From the NCBI RefSeq assembly GCF_038025025.1, contig NW_027117343.1:62001-126000 (forward strand): a stretch of 64,000 nucleotides of DNA. Direction: 5' to 3'. The notes beneath the pieces were generated by a model. The model was not told the DNA's origin and ran no database searches. It saw only the letters and a program-made list of their open reading frames with translations. Made by a program: the position numbers and the translations under genes. Below, in pieces: positions 46,552 to 60,511 of this stretch (the stretch's first letter is position 1; each line of letters opens with the position of its first letter). Source of the DNA: Phyllosticta citribraziliensis (Eukaryota).

Positions 46552-48488
46552 ATGAAGCTCCAAAGCCCCCTTTCCAGTGTGCTGTGTCTTTTGGCGTCTG
46601 CTGGAAGTGTACTGGGCGTCTCGGGACCGTTCCTGACGCAGCTGAACGAATCGGCGTGGGTTTTTGGAAACGAAATCTGGAACGTCACACAGTACCAAAC
46701 ATTCGCAACAAAACTTTGGTATGACGAGAGAGACCTCGTGGGTGATGCTGTTGGACACTATGTCAGCTACAGTACGTCGAAGCCGGAGAATGATCGTTCA
46801 TGTCGTTGTCTAATGCCGCTTCTTTAGATGGTGCTGCGTCCAATTTCAATTGGACGTCTGCTTCGGTAACCGCAAACACGAGCACGTACCTCGACATTGC
46901 CTTTTCAGCCATTGAAGGCGACATGCACTGGGTGATATACCCAGACCTTGCAGGCGCATACCAATACTTTGTCAATCACGGACTGCCAGTCCTTGGAGAA
47001 TTTCGCACGCTCTGGCGACTGGACAATACAACCTTCCCCAAAGGACGAACGAATGTTAAAGACGAGGAGCTTCCGGCGTTGAGCGAGTACAGTGCGGCGA
47101 CCAAGATACAAGACGAGACGTGGGAAAGAGCGGATGGAACCTTTATTACAAAGTACGACTGGACAGCATGGACCAGGACGTGGGACTTTTACGGAGTGTA
47201 CGGAGAAGATGCTGGAAGTTGGTACATTGTGAGTCTCGTAGCCGAGTCGTTGGCCAAGAGCACATTCAAAGGCTCACGCGATTTGCCCGGGTACGGATTG
47301 TTAATTTTGTAGAATCCAGGAAAAGACTACTACAACGGGAACCAACTCAAGCAGGAACTCACGGTGAGAGCAGACCGTCAATGGATGGACGACTGTTTGC
47401 TGACTTTATTTCGTTGGCAGGTCCATCGGGAATCTTCGACCGGCGACGCCGTGCAGCTGAACATGTTGCATGGGACACACTTCATGGCGTCCTCTTCCGA
47501 CGTTTTCTCCGATGGAAAAATTTGGGGTCCCTGGCTGTGGTATCTCGTAAGTGGGATCCGGGACATGGTAATTACATTGCTGACCCGCTGAACTCAGAAT
47601 AATGGTTCCAAAGCGGACGCCGAAGCACGAAAAACCGAGGAGTTTTCTTCTTGGCCGTATGCCTGGTTCGACAACGCTTGGTATCACAATCGAGCCGCAG
47701 CTGTGAAAGGATCAATCTCACTCTCTGACGGACGTCCTGCGAGTGGCGCCGCAGTTTTTCTTGGAGACAACAACCCCAACAAGACAGCTCTCGACATGGG
47801 TGGCGGATACTACTATACGACATATGCCGATGCAGATGGTATCTTTTCCTTTGAGCACGTTCTTGCGGGGACATACGGGCTCCAAGCGTGGTCCAATGGC
47901 AGCGCGATCGCAGATGTCTCAACGTCACTGCTGGTCAACAATGTCCAAGTCCCTTCGTCAAATGGAAGCGTCGACATTGGAGCCCACGTGTGGAGACTGA
48001 ACGATCGACGTCGTCTGTTCCAGTTGGGCGATTTCGACCGCAAAGCCCTAGGATTCAAATACGGTGGAGCCCCTTATCAACATGCCTTGGTGGATAGATG
48101 TCCGGCCAATTTGACATACACCGTAGGCAAGAGCAATACGAGCGACTGGTGCTTTGCTCAATCGGCAAATGGGACTGCGCAGATCTTGTTTGATGTCGAC
48201 GCAGTGTCAAATCAGACAGCGGTGCTGACAGTGTCCCTGGGTGGTTTCTCCGCGGGAACCAACGCAGAAATTACTCTCAATGGCGCAAAAGTCGGCAACC
48301 TGTCGAGTCTCGCGTCGGATCAAAGCCTGTACAGGTCTGCTACGGCTGCAGGCGAATGGCGTTTATTAGAATTTTCTTTTGCAGGAAATCTTTTTAGGAA
48401 AGGAAGCAATTCCCTGGCTTTTACGGTGAAGAACAGCACAAAATGGCGCGGCTGGATCTGGGATAGCATCATACTGGAGTGGGCGTGA
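46552..48488 (+). CDS. Secreted rhamnogalacturonan lyase (polysaccharide lyase family 4), 5 exons
   Basis: Signal peptide, then LGEFRTLWRLD, KIQDETW, ITKYD, NPGKDYYNGNQLKQEL, HGTHF, KIWGPWLWYL and GRPASGAAVFLGD..LGDFDR. Four canonical introns. Confidence 0.92.
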
Positions 48489-50154
48489 AAGTGGTTCTGG
48501 GAGGGAAAGCTATGGTCGGTTGGGCGAAGACGTGGAGAGTTCTTGGGGCAGGCAGAGACTGCGTTGGAGATGCCGTTTGACTCGCGGCCAGTGTAGGCTC
48601 TGAATTTTTCTCGGGAATTCCTTCTCGTCCTCTTACCGGCTTGGCATTGACGATTTGGACCCCACGCTCAGACCTGCCTTTGTAGGAATGTTGTGTGGAT
48701 ACCGGAGGTACCGAGAGGTGTTTGAATGTCAAGAACATTCGTGGATCGACGGGTCCAACACGAGCAGTCGAACGAGTGAAAGCAGGTCCATCCGTTGCGA
48801 AAAGAGCGCAGTCTTGAGTGGTTTAAGTCGTACGCGAAGGCGATGGCGAGAGGCTCTACGGGCGGGGGGAGATTGGTGTTGTTTCGGCGCAGTGCAGAGG
48901 GCAGAGCAACAGGCACGTGCGAGAGTGGTTTGGTGGTTTCCGTTGTGGTTCGGCAAAGGCGCTTAGTCAGTGGGCCGGGCGCGGGCCAATGGAAAGCTCG
49001 CGGAAGAGTCTCGGTCGGCAAGGCCTTGTCCATCGTCACCTCACTGCCGAATCGTCATCATTTCATCTTCTTCTTCACTCACCAACCGATGCCGCTGATT
49101 CTTGACCCCACGGCCACCATGGCGCTGGTCCAAGCACCATCCACGTCGACTGATCGGCACTACCTCAACAATGGATGTGTCCAAGTATTTGCCCGCCATC
49201 GCCCGCTCAGAAATCGCTGATGGAGCTTTTCTGAGCCCCGTAGCTTGCCTTGGTGTGTTACAGGGAAAGCGTTTCAAGGTCTTCGGCCAACCTTTCCTCG
49301 GCTCTCAACCGCACGTCCCATCGACGGGAAAGCCCCCGCCCGCCTTGTCAGGTTGCTTTGACCTTGGTACGTACGCTGTCGCGGCCTCTGCGTGCTGATC
49401 GCCGTTGCTGAGCACGATAGGGGCAGGGGAACACCGTGGCCCTGCGCGCAAACAGACTGGTCCCAAGATCCAAGAGGCTGTGTTTTTGTGGCGAGTAGTA
49501 CTTACGGTCAGCAGCCAACTCCGCCGTTGCCAAGTCGCACATGATGATGCACTCCGGTACCCAAGAGCGGCCGTCGTCTTGTCATGTTCCGACGTTTGCT
49601 CGATTGATTTCGACTTGTGCGAGGGCCACGCGCGCTATATTGAAGCTTTTAAATTAGCTGCTCAGCTTCATCTTCTCCAATCATGCGAAGCAAATCCAAA
49701 TGGACATCGCTTGGAGGTTACTCGGCACGGGTGGCACCTAGAGGCGCGGTTGCCGATTCGTCTTGGCATCGGGCCGTAGCTGCGCAGCATGTCATTCTTC
49801 GACGTTGAAAATGGCCCCAGACATCATATGGGAGAAGGACCGACAGGGCTCTGTGACGAATGCGGGAATGGCAGACACTGTTGGACCCCTGAGCGGTGAG
49901 GAGTGGGTCTCCATCCAGTGGGATCCTGGAGTGTGGCTCCTGCTGATGTAACTGGGGACGACGACACTCAGGACGCCAGATCCCACAAGATTTCGTTTTC
50001 CCCGTCTCAGCTTCTCCAAATCCCAGCCGTCTCATGCAAACGATGGCCGACAGTCAAACCCCCGAAGCAGATGGCACATCCAGAAAGCTGCTAGTGGCCA
50101 GGTTTGTCGCCCTCATAAGTTTTAATGATTGGTTGCTGAACATCACGATAGTCT

Positions 50155-52354
50155 ATGGACCCTCTCTTCTTCGTTAGCCGTCCTTTCAAGCAGATTTCTG
50201 CTCCTAGAGTCAAACTACCGTATGTGTTGCCAATTTGTCTCAAGATCTTTTGCTGATTGAACAAGATTTTCGTGAGCGTTCTCTTGACATGTAATCCGGA
50301 TTTCTTCGTCTGACCCGGAACTGTAGCTCTACACCTCCTCCTGGTCAACCTTATCGTCATTACCATAGTCCTGGCCATCATAACAAGGGGATCCCGTCAG
50401 CGCCAAGCCATCTCCATTCCAGGCTCAATCGACGAAAGCGCAATCAATGCCGATGATGTCAAGCAGTATTGGCTCATCCCAGAGACTCTGGCCATGGCTT
50501 TGTCATTTCCATTGTCTATGCAAGCTCTCCTGCATTGGACCAACCTCTCCACATTGACTACGATGCCTGTGAGTCAAAACGTCGAAGAAGCAGGTTGGGC
50601 GAGTCACTGATCATTTCCAGTTGTTCTCGTATCTTTCGTACGAGGTCTTCAGTCTTGTTGTCAACCTTCCACAGGGTTTGAAGTGGACCAAAGCCATCCA
50701 GGTTACAGGCATTGCTTGCTTCAGCTTGCTGATCGTGTTTGACGAATATCGCCTGACGCCGGAGAACATTCTTTGTTCCTTTTTCGCAACCTTCCTGGCA
50801 GGACTCGCCTTGGGTTGCAAGCGTATGCGCCCCTCGACATTGAACCCATCTACCAATCCCCCAAGTGTCAGATTTGACGCCATGTTTGTTTCCATCATCT
50901 GTACCACGGCATGGTGTATTTGGAAAGAAGACCCAGTCGCTGCCATCACAAACTTCCTCAACGTGGACCCCTGGATATTCATGTTGAACCTTGTATCTTC
51001 GACAGTGGCTGTACTTACCGGAGGCTCAATCATTTTCCCATTTAGCTCTGACGACCATTCGCCTGTGGAATCAAATCTGGCAACGACGCAAGTCGCCAAG
51101 GTTTCGGCCAACTTTGGAATGACCACCATTGTAGGGTTCATCTCGACTTTCCTCCCCATTCGATCGTACGCCACGGTCCTCCAGCTTTGCTGTTATTGCG
51201 CTGCTACAATTTTCCTGCTGAGCACACCTCAAGTCGTTGAAAGCGAACCTTCGACGAGTCGAACTCAGGGCTTTGGACTGGAATCATTTTTCAAAAGGAG
51301 AAGCCAAAAGCCCAGCTTTGCCGTCATTGACGATGACGAAGCCTTGTCGGACATGAGTCTTGTTAGCGAGGCGGAGCCGGCGCCCAAGAAGAACCCCATT
51401 CTGCCGTCGCTCGTTTCCCTGGCAGCTTACGCGGTTTTGCTCGTAACCTGGATCGGCTTTCTCGCTTGCAATTTCGGGCCGCTCCCGCAGTCAAACGCGC
51501 ACGCCTCGGTAACGCTTTTGGACTCGTCGTACTCTGCCACTCATGGATTCGACGTCGTCATTAGCATGTACGAAGAACCAGTCGAAGCCGTGCAAGCCAT
51601 CGTGTCAAGACTTTCGGAAATTCCACTTGTCAGTGGGTCGGCGCCCCGGCTGCACCTCTACACCAAGGACCAAACAGCAAACGTCGAAATGCTCAAGGAA
51701 GCGACCGGCGCTTACCAAGTCACCAAGCTCCCGAACTACGGGCGTGAGGGTGACACTTACCTCCAGCACATCCTTCGTCAATGGGACAGCCTCGCCCGCC
51801 ATACGCTCTTTCTTCAAGCCGACGTGCACAACTCTTACGAGATTTTCAACCGCATTCAGGATTTCTACGTCCCAGAAACCGGCATGCTCAGCCTTGGATT
51901 TAGCGGCAAACTTTGCGAGACGGATAATTGTGGTGATCGCTGGGGCTGGCGCGAGGAGCCTGCGCTTTTGCACGAATGGTGCCAGAAGATCAACGGCGAA
52001 GATTGCGACAAGATTCTTCTGTCGTACAAAGGGCAGTTTATCGCTTCCGCCAAGCGAATCCGCGGCATCAACAAGGATGTCTACGAAGGACTTCAGTTGG
52101 GTATGACCGATCCCGAGAGCTGGGCTCACCGAGAGCCTTACCTCGCCGGCCGCGAGGACTCTTTGAATGCGCCGAGGCTGGGATACACTTTGGAAAGAAT
52201 GTGGTCGGTCATAATGCAATGCTCCACCGACGACATTGCATGGAAATGTCCATCACTGCTCAGTCGCACAAGACGAGGCGGGGACTTCGGCGATTGCCAG
52301 TGCTTCGACCCACCGGATTCGATGATGCTCTTTAATGCGACTTCGATTACTTGA
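50155..52354 (+). CDS. Multi-pass membrane protein with a C-terminal DUF3431-like domain; 5' exons approximate
   Basis: Several TM segments, then VVISMYEEP..LYTK..LPNYGREGDTYLQHI..HTLFLQA..GQFIASAKRIR..GYTLERMW. Confidence 0.8.
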
Positions 52355-53751
52355 ATGGCTCCGTTTAGAGACACAATCAGACCAATGCACGGAATACCGA
52401 CGAGTACAGGCGGACACCTTCCACAAACGACAGGTCGTTTTCGGAATCAGAATATGCGCAGAGATCACCTCTGGACCGACAGCAACTCATCGACCGCTGT
52501 GGGACTCCTCCAATCTGCCATTAACTCTGTACAGTCCCTACCGCGTCCACCATTAAGATAATGGTTAAGAAGGTCGTCGGCAGCAACGCCGAGAAAGTGG
52601 CCTTGTGCCAGCGGAGAGCCAAGACCTCTGCGAGGCCTTTCGTGAGATTAGGAGGGTAAACGCACCACCAACGTCCCGCTTCTGGGCGCAACGTTCTGAC
52701 TCCACGGGTCGTTTCGCGTCTGGTGGTCCGTGGTCAAAGACGGCAAACCCGTTTGTCTCAGGCAGAACTCACAGCACCAAACCCGCAAAGCAGTTGCGGG
52801 ATAAGAAGGAAGGTACTACAGGATTTTGGCGTGCGGGTAGGCGAGCAGGAGCAGAAGCGGATTTTGACGAGGAAGATTTGTAGCAAAAGATATACGGGAA
52901 GAACTGGAATAAGACGATGATATCAACCTTCATTAGGATCAAAGCCAGCAGAAGGAGCTGTGTTCAAGACAAATTTTTGACGAATGACAACGATATCCCC
53001 GCGATTTGATGGCAGGGGTTCTTGTTCGGGCCGTTGGCGAAACATTTCAACCGTCGCAGCACCACTGCCAGTTGTACCGTCGATCCCCTGGGCTCTTACA
53101 TTTGAAGTACCGACACAGTGGCTGACGTTTTGCAACTTGTGGCGTTTCTACACAACTCGATGCGCCGCACGAGTTTGCGTCTCCAACACTGCGATTTGCA
53201 GGCCGTGCGCCCGACCTCGAGTCCAGACCAACATCATGGAAAGGCTCCGGGAGTTGAAGAAAGCGCAACTGCCTGATTGTCGAGTCAAGGCAGTATCTAC
53301 GATGCTGTTGTTGAGCAAGTAAGAAGATGCTGCCGGAGAGCGCAAGCTCACCGACAATCTGTGCTGTACGCCCCAGGATCTACTAAAACTCACAGGTTTT
53401 CCCGCGCGCCATTGATGCTTGCGGCAAAAATCTCAGAAGACACCTCATCCCACTGGCAAACCTGAGCATACCATGGCGTCATTATGTCGCACAATAGTCG
53501 CGAATTGAGTCGTGCACACTGCACCGCCAAATACCACCCGGCATATCCTTGCTACTTTTTTCAGGGCTGAGGCTACTTTGCACGTTAGCGACCAAGAAAG
53601 GCAATTGCGTATTTGAGACTCCAGTTCCCTACTGACCATGTTTCGGCGGTTTTCTCGCGCTGGAAATACGCTGCGCGACGTGACACTCTTTTCCATCAAC
53701 TTTGTCTATCTGCAGAGGATCGGAGCATGATCCGCTTCACTCGTTCTCATC

Positions 53752-56035
53752 ATGCGACTACCTAACGACTTTCGCTCCTTTACCTCGACAGCTGTCACCA
53801 TCTGCCTCCTTTGCGCAAGTATACCCAGAGCAGATGCATCGCCCGCAGATCCTGGCGTCTCGTTTGACGACATGAAGATGCCCACGTTGACACTCCCTTA
53901 TGCAAGAGTCAAAGCAAAGGGCTACGATGCGAAGAATGACGTAAGTGGACACCGCAACGGTCGAGGTTGGATTTGACTGACTCGCGACTATCAGATTTAC
54001 ATTTTCAAAAACATACCGTTTGCTGCACCGCCACAAGACGAGCTGAGATGGACAGCACCGCAACCGCCAGTAAAGTCAGAATCTATGATCGATGGCTCCC
54101 ACGGTCCGCAGTGCATACAAGCAACAAAACCAGGCCCATTCAAAGTTCTTGGTGAGGCTCTGGGAATGCAGTCTGAGGACTGTTTATACCTCGATGTCTA
54201 CGTTCCAAGTAATGCCTTGAACAAACCGGTCAACAAATTACCTGTAATTCAATGGATCCACGGAGTAAGTTGATAATCGAAACGTCTGTGACTTGGCTGA
54301 CCGGACGCAGGGCGGCTACGTCCACGGCTCGAAGGACCTGTATCCGGGCGATATGCTGTTGAAGACTTCGAAGAACAGTGTCATATACGTCGCAGCGAAC
54401 TATCGATTGGGTGCTTTTGGTTTCATGGGCGGCGCCACCATGGAAGAGTCTGGTCTACCAAACGCCGGTCTTTGGGACCAGCGCGCTGCGTTGAACTGGA
54501 CGCAGCAGTACATCAGTCTGCTTGGAGGGGACCCACAACAGGTGACAGCATTTGGCGAATCCGCTGGCGGTGGCTCGATACTGCACCACATCACAGCCTT
54601 TGGTGGCAAGCAAGATCCGCTCTTCAAGCGCGCTATCCTCCAAAGCCCAGCGTTCGACATCAAATGGGACCGGAAAGGCGCAATCGAAAGACAGTTCCAG
54701 ACATTTCTGGAAAAGGCAGGATGCTCAGGGCAGGACGTCAACTGTCTGCGCAAGACGGGCAGAGAAAAACTCGAAAAAGCAAACGACGGCCTCGTGCTCG
54801 ACCTGGCGACTTTGCGCAGCGCCTTCAGCCCCGTCCCGGATGGAGGGTGGGTGCGACAATCGCCGCCGCTCGAGCTGCGGTCCGGCAACCACTGGCGCGG
54901 CATCGAGAGCGTGCTACTCTCACACGTCAAGGACGAAGCGTCCATCTTCACGGACCCGCGCGTCCTGACTGACAAGCAATTCCACGACTACGTCAACTAC
55001 TACTTCCCAGATCGCAGCGTCGCCGACGGCATCGAGCGGCAGTATCCGCCACCCGAGGAGGACAAGACAACGTACACGACGCAATTTGCGCGCCTCGCCA
55101 TCCTGCTCAACCACTCGGGTTTCGTATGCTACGTACGCAACGCGGCCGACGCCCTCGCCGCCTCGGGCACACGCGTCTGGAGCCTCTCATACAGCGTGCC
55201 GCCGGCCAAACACGGGGCCGACATCATCCCCATCTTCCAACCGCCGCCAATGCTGGCGCCCAAAACGGAGCGCGCCTACCGCGACCCCTTCCGCGCGCTG
55301 TTCGTGTCGCTGGCGCAGTTCGGCGACCCCAACATGCTGACGCGGCGGCTGCGCGACGAGGACCGCGACAAAGAGACGGTGGCGGACCGGCTGCCGGACC
55401 CGTGGCCGCAGGTCGACAACAGCACGGACGAGCTGGGCAGCGTGCTCGAGGTCGAGGCGGGCGACTTCCGTCTCGTCAACGACCCGCAGAATGCGCAGTC
55501 GGCGTGCAACTTCTGGATGGATGTCGGCGCGTCGGTCACGGCGAATGGCGGGTTTGCGCCGCCGGATGGCGTGTTGACTAAGGATTTGGCGCCGAAGGAC
55601 CAGGCGAGCAAGAATTATGGTGGGTCGCTGCTCCCATTGTCCCTTCTCTCGAACTCTCCATTGCATCGCGGAGGCGCCAGGAGTTGCAGTTTTGCTGTTG
55701 CTTGGACACATTTCCCATCCCACAAGGACAGGAACAATGCTGACCACACACCCAACACAGGCACGGCCGTCCTACAAAACCCCTTCACCAAATCCCCCCT
55801 CGACGAGCAAACGCGCGCCAAGAGCGGCAACGGCGGCAAGAAGAAGAAGTCGGCCGCGCATCTCCTCGATGCGCCGACGCGGTACGTCATATCCCCCCCT
55901 CATCCCCTCCACCCTTTTTGCTTAACAAGCGGCATGAACTGGTTGCTTGTTCAACCCGCGCTGATGATTTGTGACCGCAGGAACACGCTCCTCCGCAACC
56001 TAGCAATCGGGGGCGCGATTCTGGAGATGTTGTAG
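53752..56035 (+). CDS. Secreted type-B carboxylesterase / lipase (alpha-beta hydrolase), 5 exons
   Basis: Signal peptide, FKNIPFAAPP..LRW, SEDCLYLDVYVP, WIHGGGY, NYRLGAFGF, nucleophile FGESAGG and His in KHGAD. Confidence 0.92.
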
Positions 56036-57411
56036 GCGCGAGAAGAGGGTTCTGTTTCGCCTTATCCGCGTGCGTGTCTGGCGTGCTGGGGTATTCGTGG
56101 CCGGGGGTTGATCGACGGAAAGAAAGAGAGATTATTGCGTGCAGGATACAGTAATCAGTCGTACAGTGTATGATACCGCGGCCAAGTAGCTAGCGACGCC
56201 CTCCCTTTCTATTTTCTTTTCTTGTTGATATTTTGTTTGTAGAATAGATACACATTTTACTGCTTCTTTTCCAGTTGTAACTCGCGCTTTGCTTCTCACG
56301 TCGTGTGCCTTGCCTACGTGCAACTGTGGCTGCTTTTCGCCGCGTTGAGGATGCTTGGATGGTTATAGTCGGGATGGTTTTATGGTGCTCAGTCAGACAG
56401 GTGGGGCCAGTTTCGCGCCACGCGGCGGCGAAGCAGAGTGCTGAGGTGTGGCTAGAGAGAGGGGGGAGTGGCGCGGGTGTGTCCGTCTGCGGTCAGACGG
56501 AGGCATGGATGGGTGTGTACATGCATAGCAGTAAAGAGATAAATAGAGAAATAGAGCGATTGGGGGCAAGAGGGACATCCTATGGCAAGGCTTTCTCATA
56601 GATGTACCTCTATATATTTACAACCAACACCGTTTATTCTTCTCGGTTCTTCTAAATTGGTAGTCTGTAAGCTGCTGGCAAGGAGAAGGCGATGCGGCGG
56701 CCTCCGTCTGAATCATCAGTGTCGATCAATCTACGTAGACAGGTACGGAGACGTCATGGTAAAAAGGGATCTGATGCTCGCTATAGATGTATGTACTGCA
56801 CACGCGCACAAGTCCATGTAAATGCATAGATCTAGCCACTCGAGCAAAGCAGAACGACCGAAGCCAGAAAGATAGATGCAACGAAGCAGCGCACAACCAA
56901 ACAGTCTAAAAACGAGAGAACCCCCGCAGCGATGCATGCATACCTGATGCGAATCAGATCTACCCACCCCTACCACTCATCCCAGTTGCAGGGCCAGCCT
57001 GCACACTGCACCGCACCACCGCTCTGTAGCACAAGGAAATCTAGAAAAAGACGGTAGATGCAATGAAATGTCGCGCAAGGAAAGAGCCCCCACCATCCAC
57101 CCTGCCGTCCATCTGCAAGGTACTTGTGGCATCAACAGCACAGCACACCCCACCCCAGAGCAGAGCAGGCTGGCGGCCTCCTGTGGCTGATGCATGACGG
57201 GACGAAGCCAGCCAGCCACCCCGAAGGGGTCATCCAGTCCCTCGGTCGATTGGTCCGTTATTCCACCTAAAAAGAACAAAGTCAGCGCAGCCCAGCACAG
57301 CACAACGAACGTCAACCCGACGAGCCTGCTGCCATGCCTTGTATCAATGCGTACGTACCTCTCTCTCTCTCTCTCTCCCGCACCGCCTGCGCTCTACACC
57401 GTCTACACCAT

Positions 57412-57693
57412 CTACTTCGTCTTGCAACCAGCGCACTTGACGTGGCCGCAGTTGCCGCACCCGACGTTGTGCGGCTCGAGGTGCGGGCCCATGGTGCACA
57501 CGCAGCAGAACCAGTGGCCGGCGTCGGCGCAGGGGCCGCTGGCGAGGGGCGTGATGGCGTCTGTGATGAGCGACGCGTCGAGGAGGGGGTCGATGGCGGT
57601 GGCCATCAAGGAAGACGAGGGCGCCATGGTGGACTCGGCGGAGAAGGGGCCGGCGATGGCGGCGGCCGTGGTGGTGGTGGTGGCGGGCTGCAT
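57412..57693 (-). CDS. Small Cys/His-rich putative zinc-binding protein (93 aa)
   Basis: C-terminal WFCCVC..GP..CGNCGH..CAGC, GC3-rich codons, and a TATA-like element on the minus strand near 57878. Confidence 0.7.
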   Translation of the reverse strand: MQPATTTTTAAAIAGPFSAESTMAPSSSLMATAIDPLLDASLITDAITPLASGPCADAGHWFCCVCTMGPHLEPHNVGCGNCGHVKCAGCKTK

Positions 57694-60511
57694 GATGATA
57701 ATGCTGAGATGAGATGGGATGTGATGAGAGGAGTGTGTAGGTTGTAGAGCTGAAGAGCGTTAGATAGAGAAGAATGCGGCAGTGTCTTTCTTTCTTGCTT
57801 GTCTATTGTCGAGACTATTCGGAGAGTGTGTCTGTGTGATGCAGAAAAACGACCACAGCGGCAGACTCAACACTGCTATATACCCTCCCGCAGCATGCGT
57901 GCAACGACGCCGTTTAGAATAGTCTGCTTGCTTCGCCCTGCTCTGCCATACCGCAATGCCTGCCTGCCTGCCTGGGGCGTCACCGAACGGTGTGCCTCAG
58001 TACGTGCCAGCCAGCAGGGGCCAAGGGGTAGGGGAGGAGGGGTTCGAGCTGGAGCTGTGCCATCCGTCACCGTGGTCAGTGACGCCCTTCTGCCTGTCCT
58101 GAGGCCGCTATAGGAGCAGCAGTCCAGGTGAGTCAAGCCACGCCTCTGGAAGCTTTCCGGCCGCTTGCCGCATCGGGGAGGAAGTGGGTGTGGCGGTGGT
58201 GCGTGGGAAATTACAGACGCCGACGTCTGTCGAATGGGCGGACGACACACTCGTCGGCGACCTCCGATGGATGGATGGGGAAAGAGAAGAGTCAAAGGCA
58301 GAGAGGCAGAACTCAGGCCTTGACCGTGAGAGCGAGGCGTGGGAGGACTGCCTTGCGGTGCCGTCGGCGTCGTGGTTTGTTACCGCGTTGAGGAGACTAG
58401 ATGTTCGTGACGGATTACGCATTTGTCTTGGACACGCCTTGCTACGCCAGACAGCCTATGAGAGGCCAAGTCAGTATCATTTCCTGCCAGCATAGGGTCC
58501 AGAGGTTGAATACGGCGTCACTTACCACGAGCCAAGACAGGCCGACTGAGCCATAGCCGTGCCGTAGAGCGACGGTCTAATCTTGTAAATGTCCAATAGC
58601 TGCGGCTGTGCATGGTTGACAATTGGGTGTCGATGTGGCACGTAGTCGGGACGAACGATGCACCTACGCCACAGGCAGGACCAAAAACGCCTGACAGCCT
58701 GAGGAGCTGAACAAGTGCAGGCCTCCGTGTGCCTCGGGCCGGAAACCAACACACCTCTTTTGCAGGACGAGTTTGGCGTTGGTGGAACAATGTGGATGAA
58801 TGGACTGATTGAATTGACTACAGAGACGTCGAGGTGAAGACGCTATACTGCAGGATGAGGCCATGCTGTTCCCACAATAGGCAAGTTGTCATAGCTGAAG
58901 AGGCACGGATGTGGCTGAAAGACCCTAGCCCAGCAGACGAACCAAAGCGACTCACCTTGGCAGCATTGCCGCAGGACAACCTCAACACCACCCCACAGAG
59001 GTGAGCTTCGCCACGGCTGAGTGACTGACTGACAGAAGCTCGTGCGTCTCGGCCGGTGGAGAAGAGCTGCGACTTGGTCTTTGCCGGGATCTGCCTCAGT
59101 CACGAGCACACCAAGTGCTGCGCTGTCTGGATGCAAGTCGGGAGCATTTGCATGCGGCTCTGCCTGGGGCAACAGGGCACCAGGTGGGCCGACAAGGCAG
59201 ACGCGGCGGCATGATGGTAGACAGAGGCCACCTCCAGCGTGTGTGACGGCAAGCCCATCCGTCTTGCGGTGAAGAAGCGGCGGCAGTAGAGGACTGTGCG
59301 CAAGCATCCTGGCCGTTGGCGAATGGCAGCCATCTGCTGACGTCGAAGGTGCGGCAAGAAAAATGGTTCAATATTTGCTGGGGACAGAAACGGAATAAGC
59401 TCATGGCCTGCGACGAGACGGAGGGAGCGACACTTGGGCCTTTTATCATTGATCAATTCAGTTCAGCCTTTGTCCTCCAGTCCAGTCCCGCGCAGATGCG
59501 ATAGTACCTGATGCAAAGGAAGGGCTCCATACAATTCCGGGATGGAGGAGAGTAGGTAGTCGGCAGCGACGAGGCTGGCCAATCAGATGGCGGGGATGGG
59601 ATGGAGCCGCCGACAGGCAAAAAGTGAGGCAGCACCAAGGGCAGTGTGCCCTGGCAACTGATGCAGTGTTTCGGTCAGAGGCCTTCACTTTGACAAGGCT
59701 GAGGGCTGAGTTGAAGCAGCCTGGAGAGGGTGCAACTGAGGGGACGACGGCGTGCAGCAAAGCGTGGGAATGAAGAGTCCAAGGCTGGACCCCGCGGTTG
59801 CAACTCAACTCCACTTTCGGGAGTCGGCTCCTGGCGAGGCAGAACGGAGAGGCAGAACGGAGAGGCAAAGCGGATGTGCAACGGTGGACGCGCTGCAGGG
59901 AGGGCAATCTGGCGAATCACCCGGGCGGGCGCATGTTCCCAGAGTGGACGAGGCAGTTGACCCGGGCGGCTCTGCGCCATGAGCTCATCGTCAGGACGAC
60001 TGGACGTGACAGCTGGACCAGACGGCGGATGAAGTGGCGGGCTGGGTTGACGTTGCGGTGGTGGACGTTGGGGGAGATGAAGTGCCGTCTGGTGGTGGTG
60101 TTGACAGGCGGACCATGACGTTTCCGGCTTTGTCACGGCGGTCCGAAAGGGACACCCCTCGACATCTTCACATGCATCCGTCCATTACTGCACCACCGGG
60201 CTTGCACCTTGTCCGTCGTCCTGGCCTGGCATTCCTTGGCACCAACCGTCGATACAGTAGCTCAACAATGCTGCTTGCGCTGCCATTCAACTTGCGACTC
60301 CTCGCCTGCTGACATCCGGTCCTCTCTCCCTCCCTCTCTTCTCTCGCTCTGCCAGGAGTCTCTCGCCCACGAGCCGCCAATCATGGCTCGCGTCTCGGCT
60401 TGATCACTGCTTTGACGCCAATCTTACGACATCTTATATCCGCAATATCCTCCACAACCTCCATATCGTCGCACCGCGTCTGCACCCGAAACGCCTCCGC
60501 AGCCGTCCACC

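Noticed and set aside
48500..50100. Short ORFs between the PL4 lyase and the DUF3431-like gene (likewise 52400-53700 and 58000-60400)
   Set aside because: No recognisable motifs or consistent splice models, so they are treated as intergenic.
25200..56100. Intact Starship or other transposon
   Set aside because: No tyrosine recombinase, transposase, reverse transcriptase, terminal repeats or AT-rich RIP-mutated blocks were recognised.
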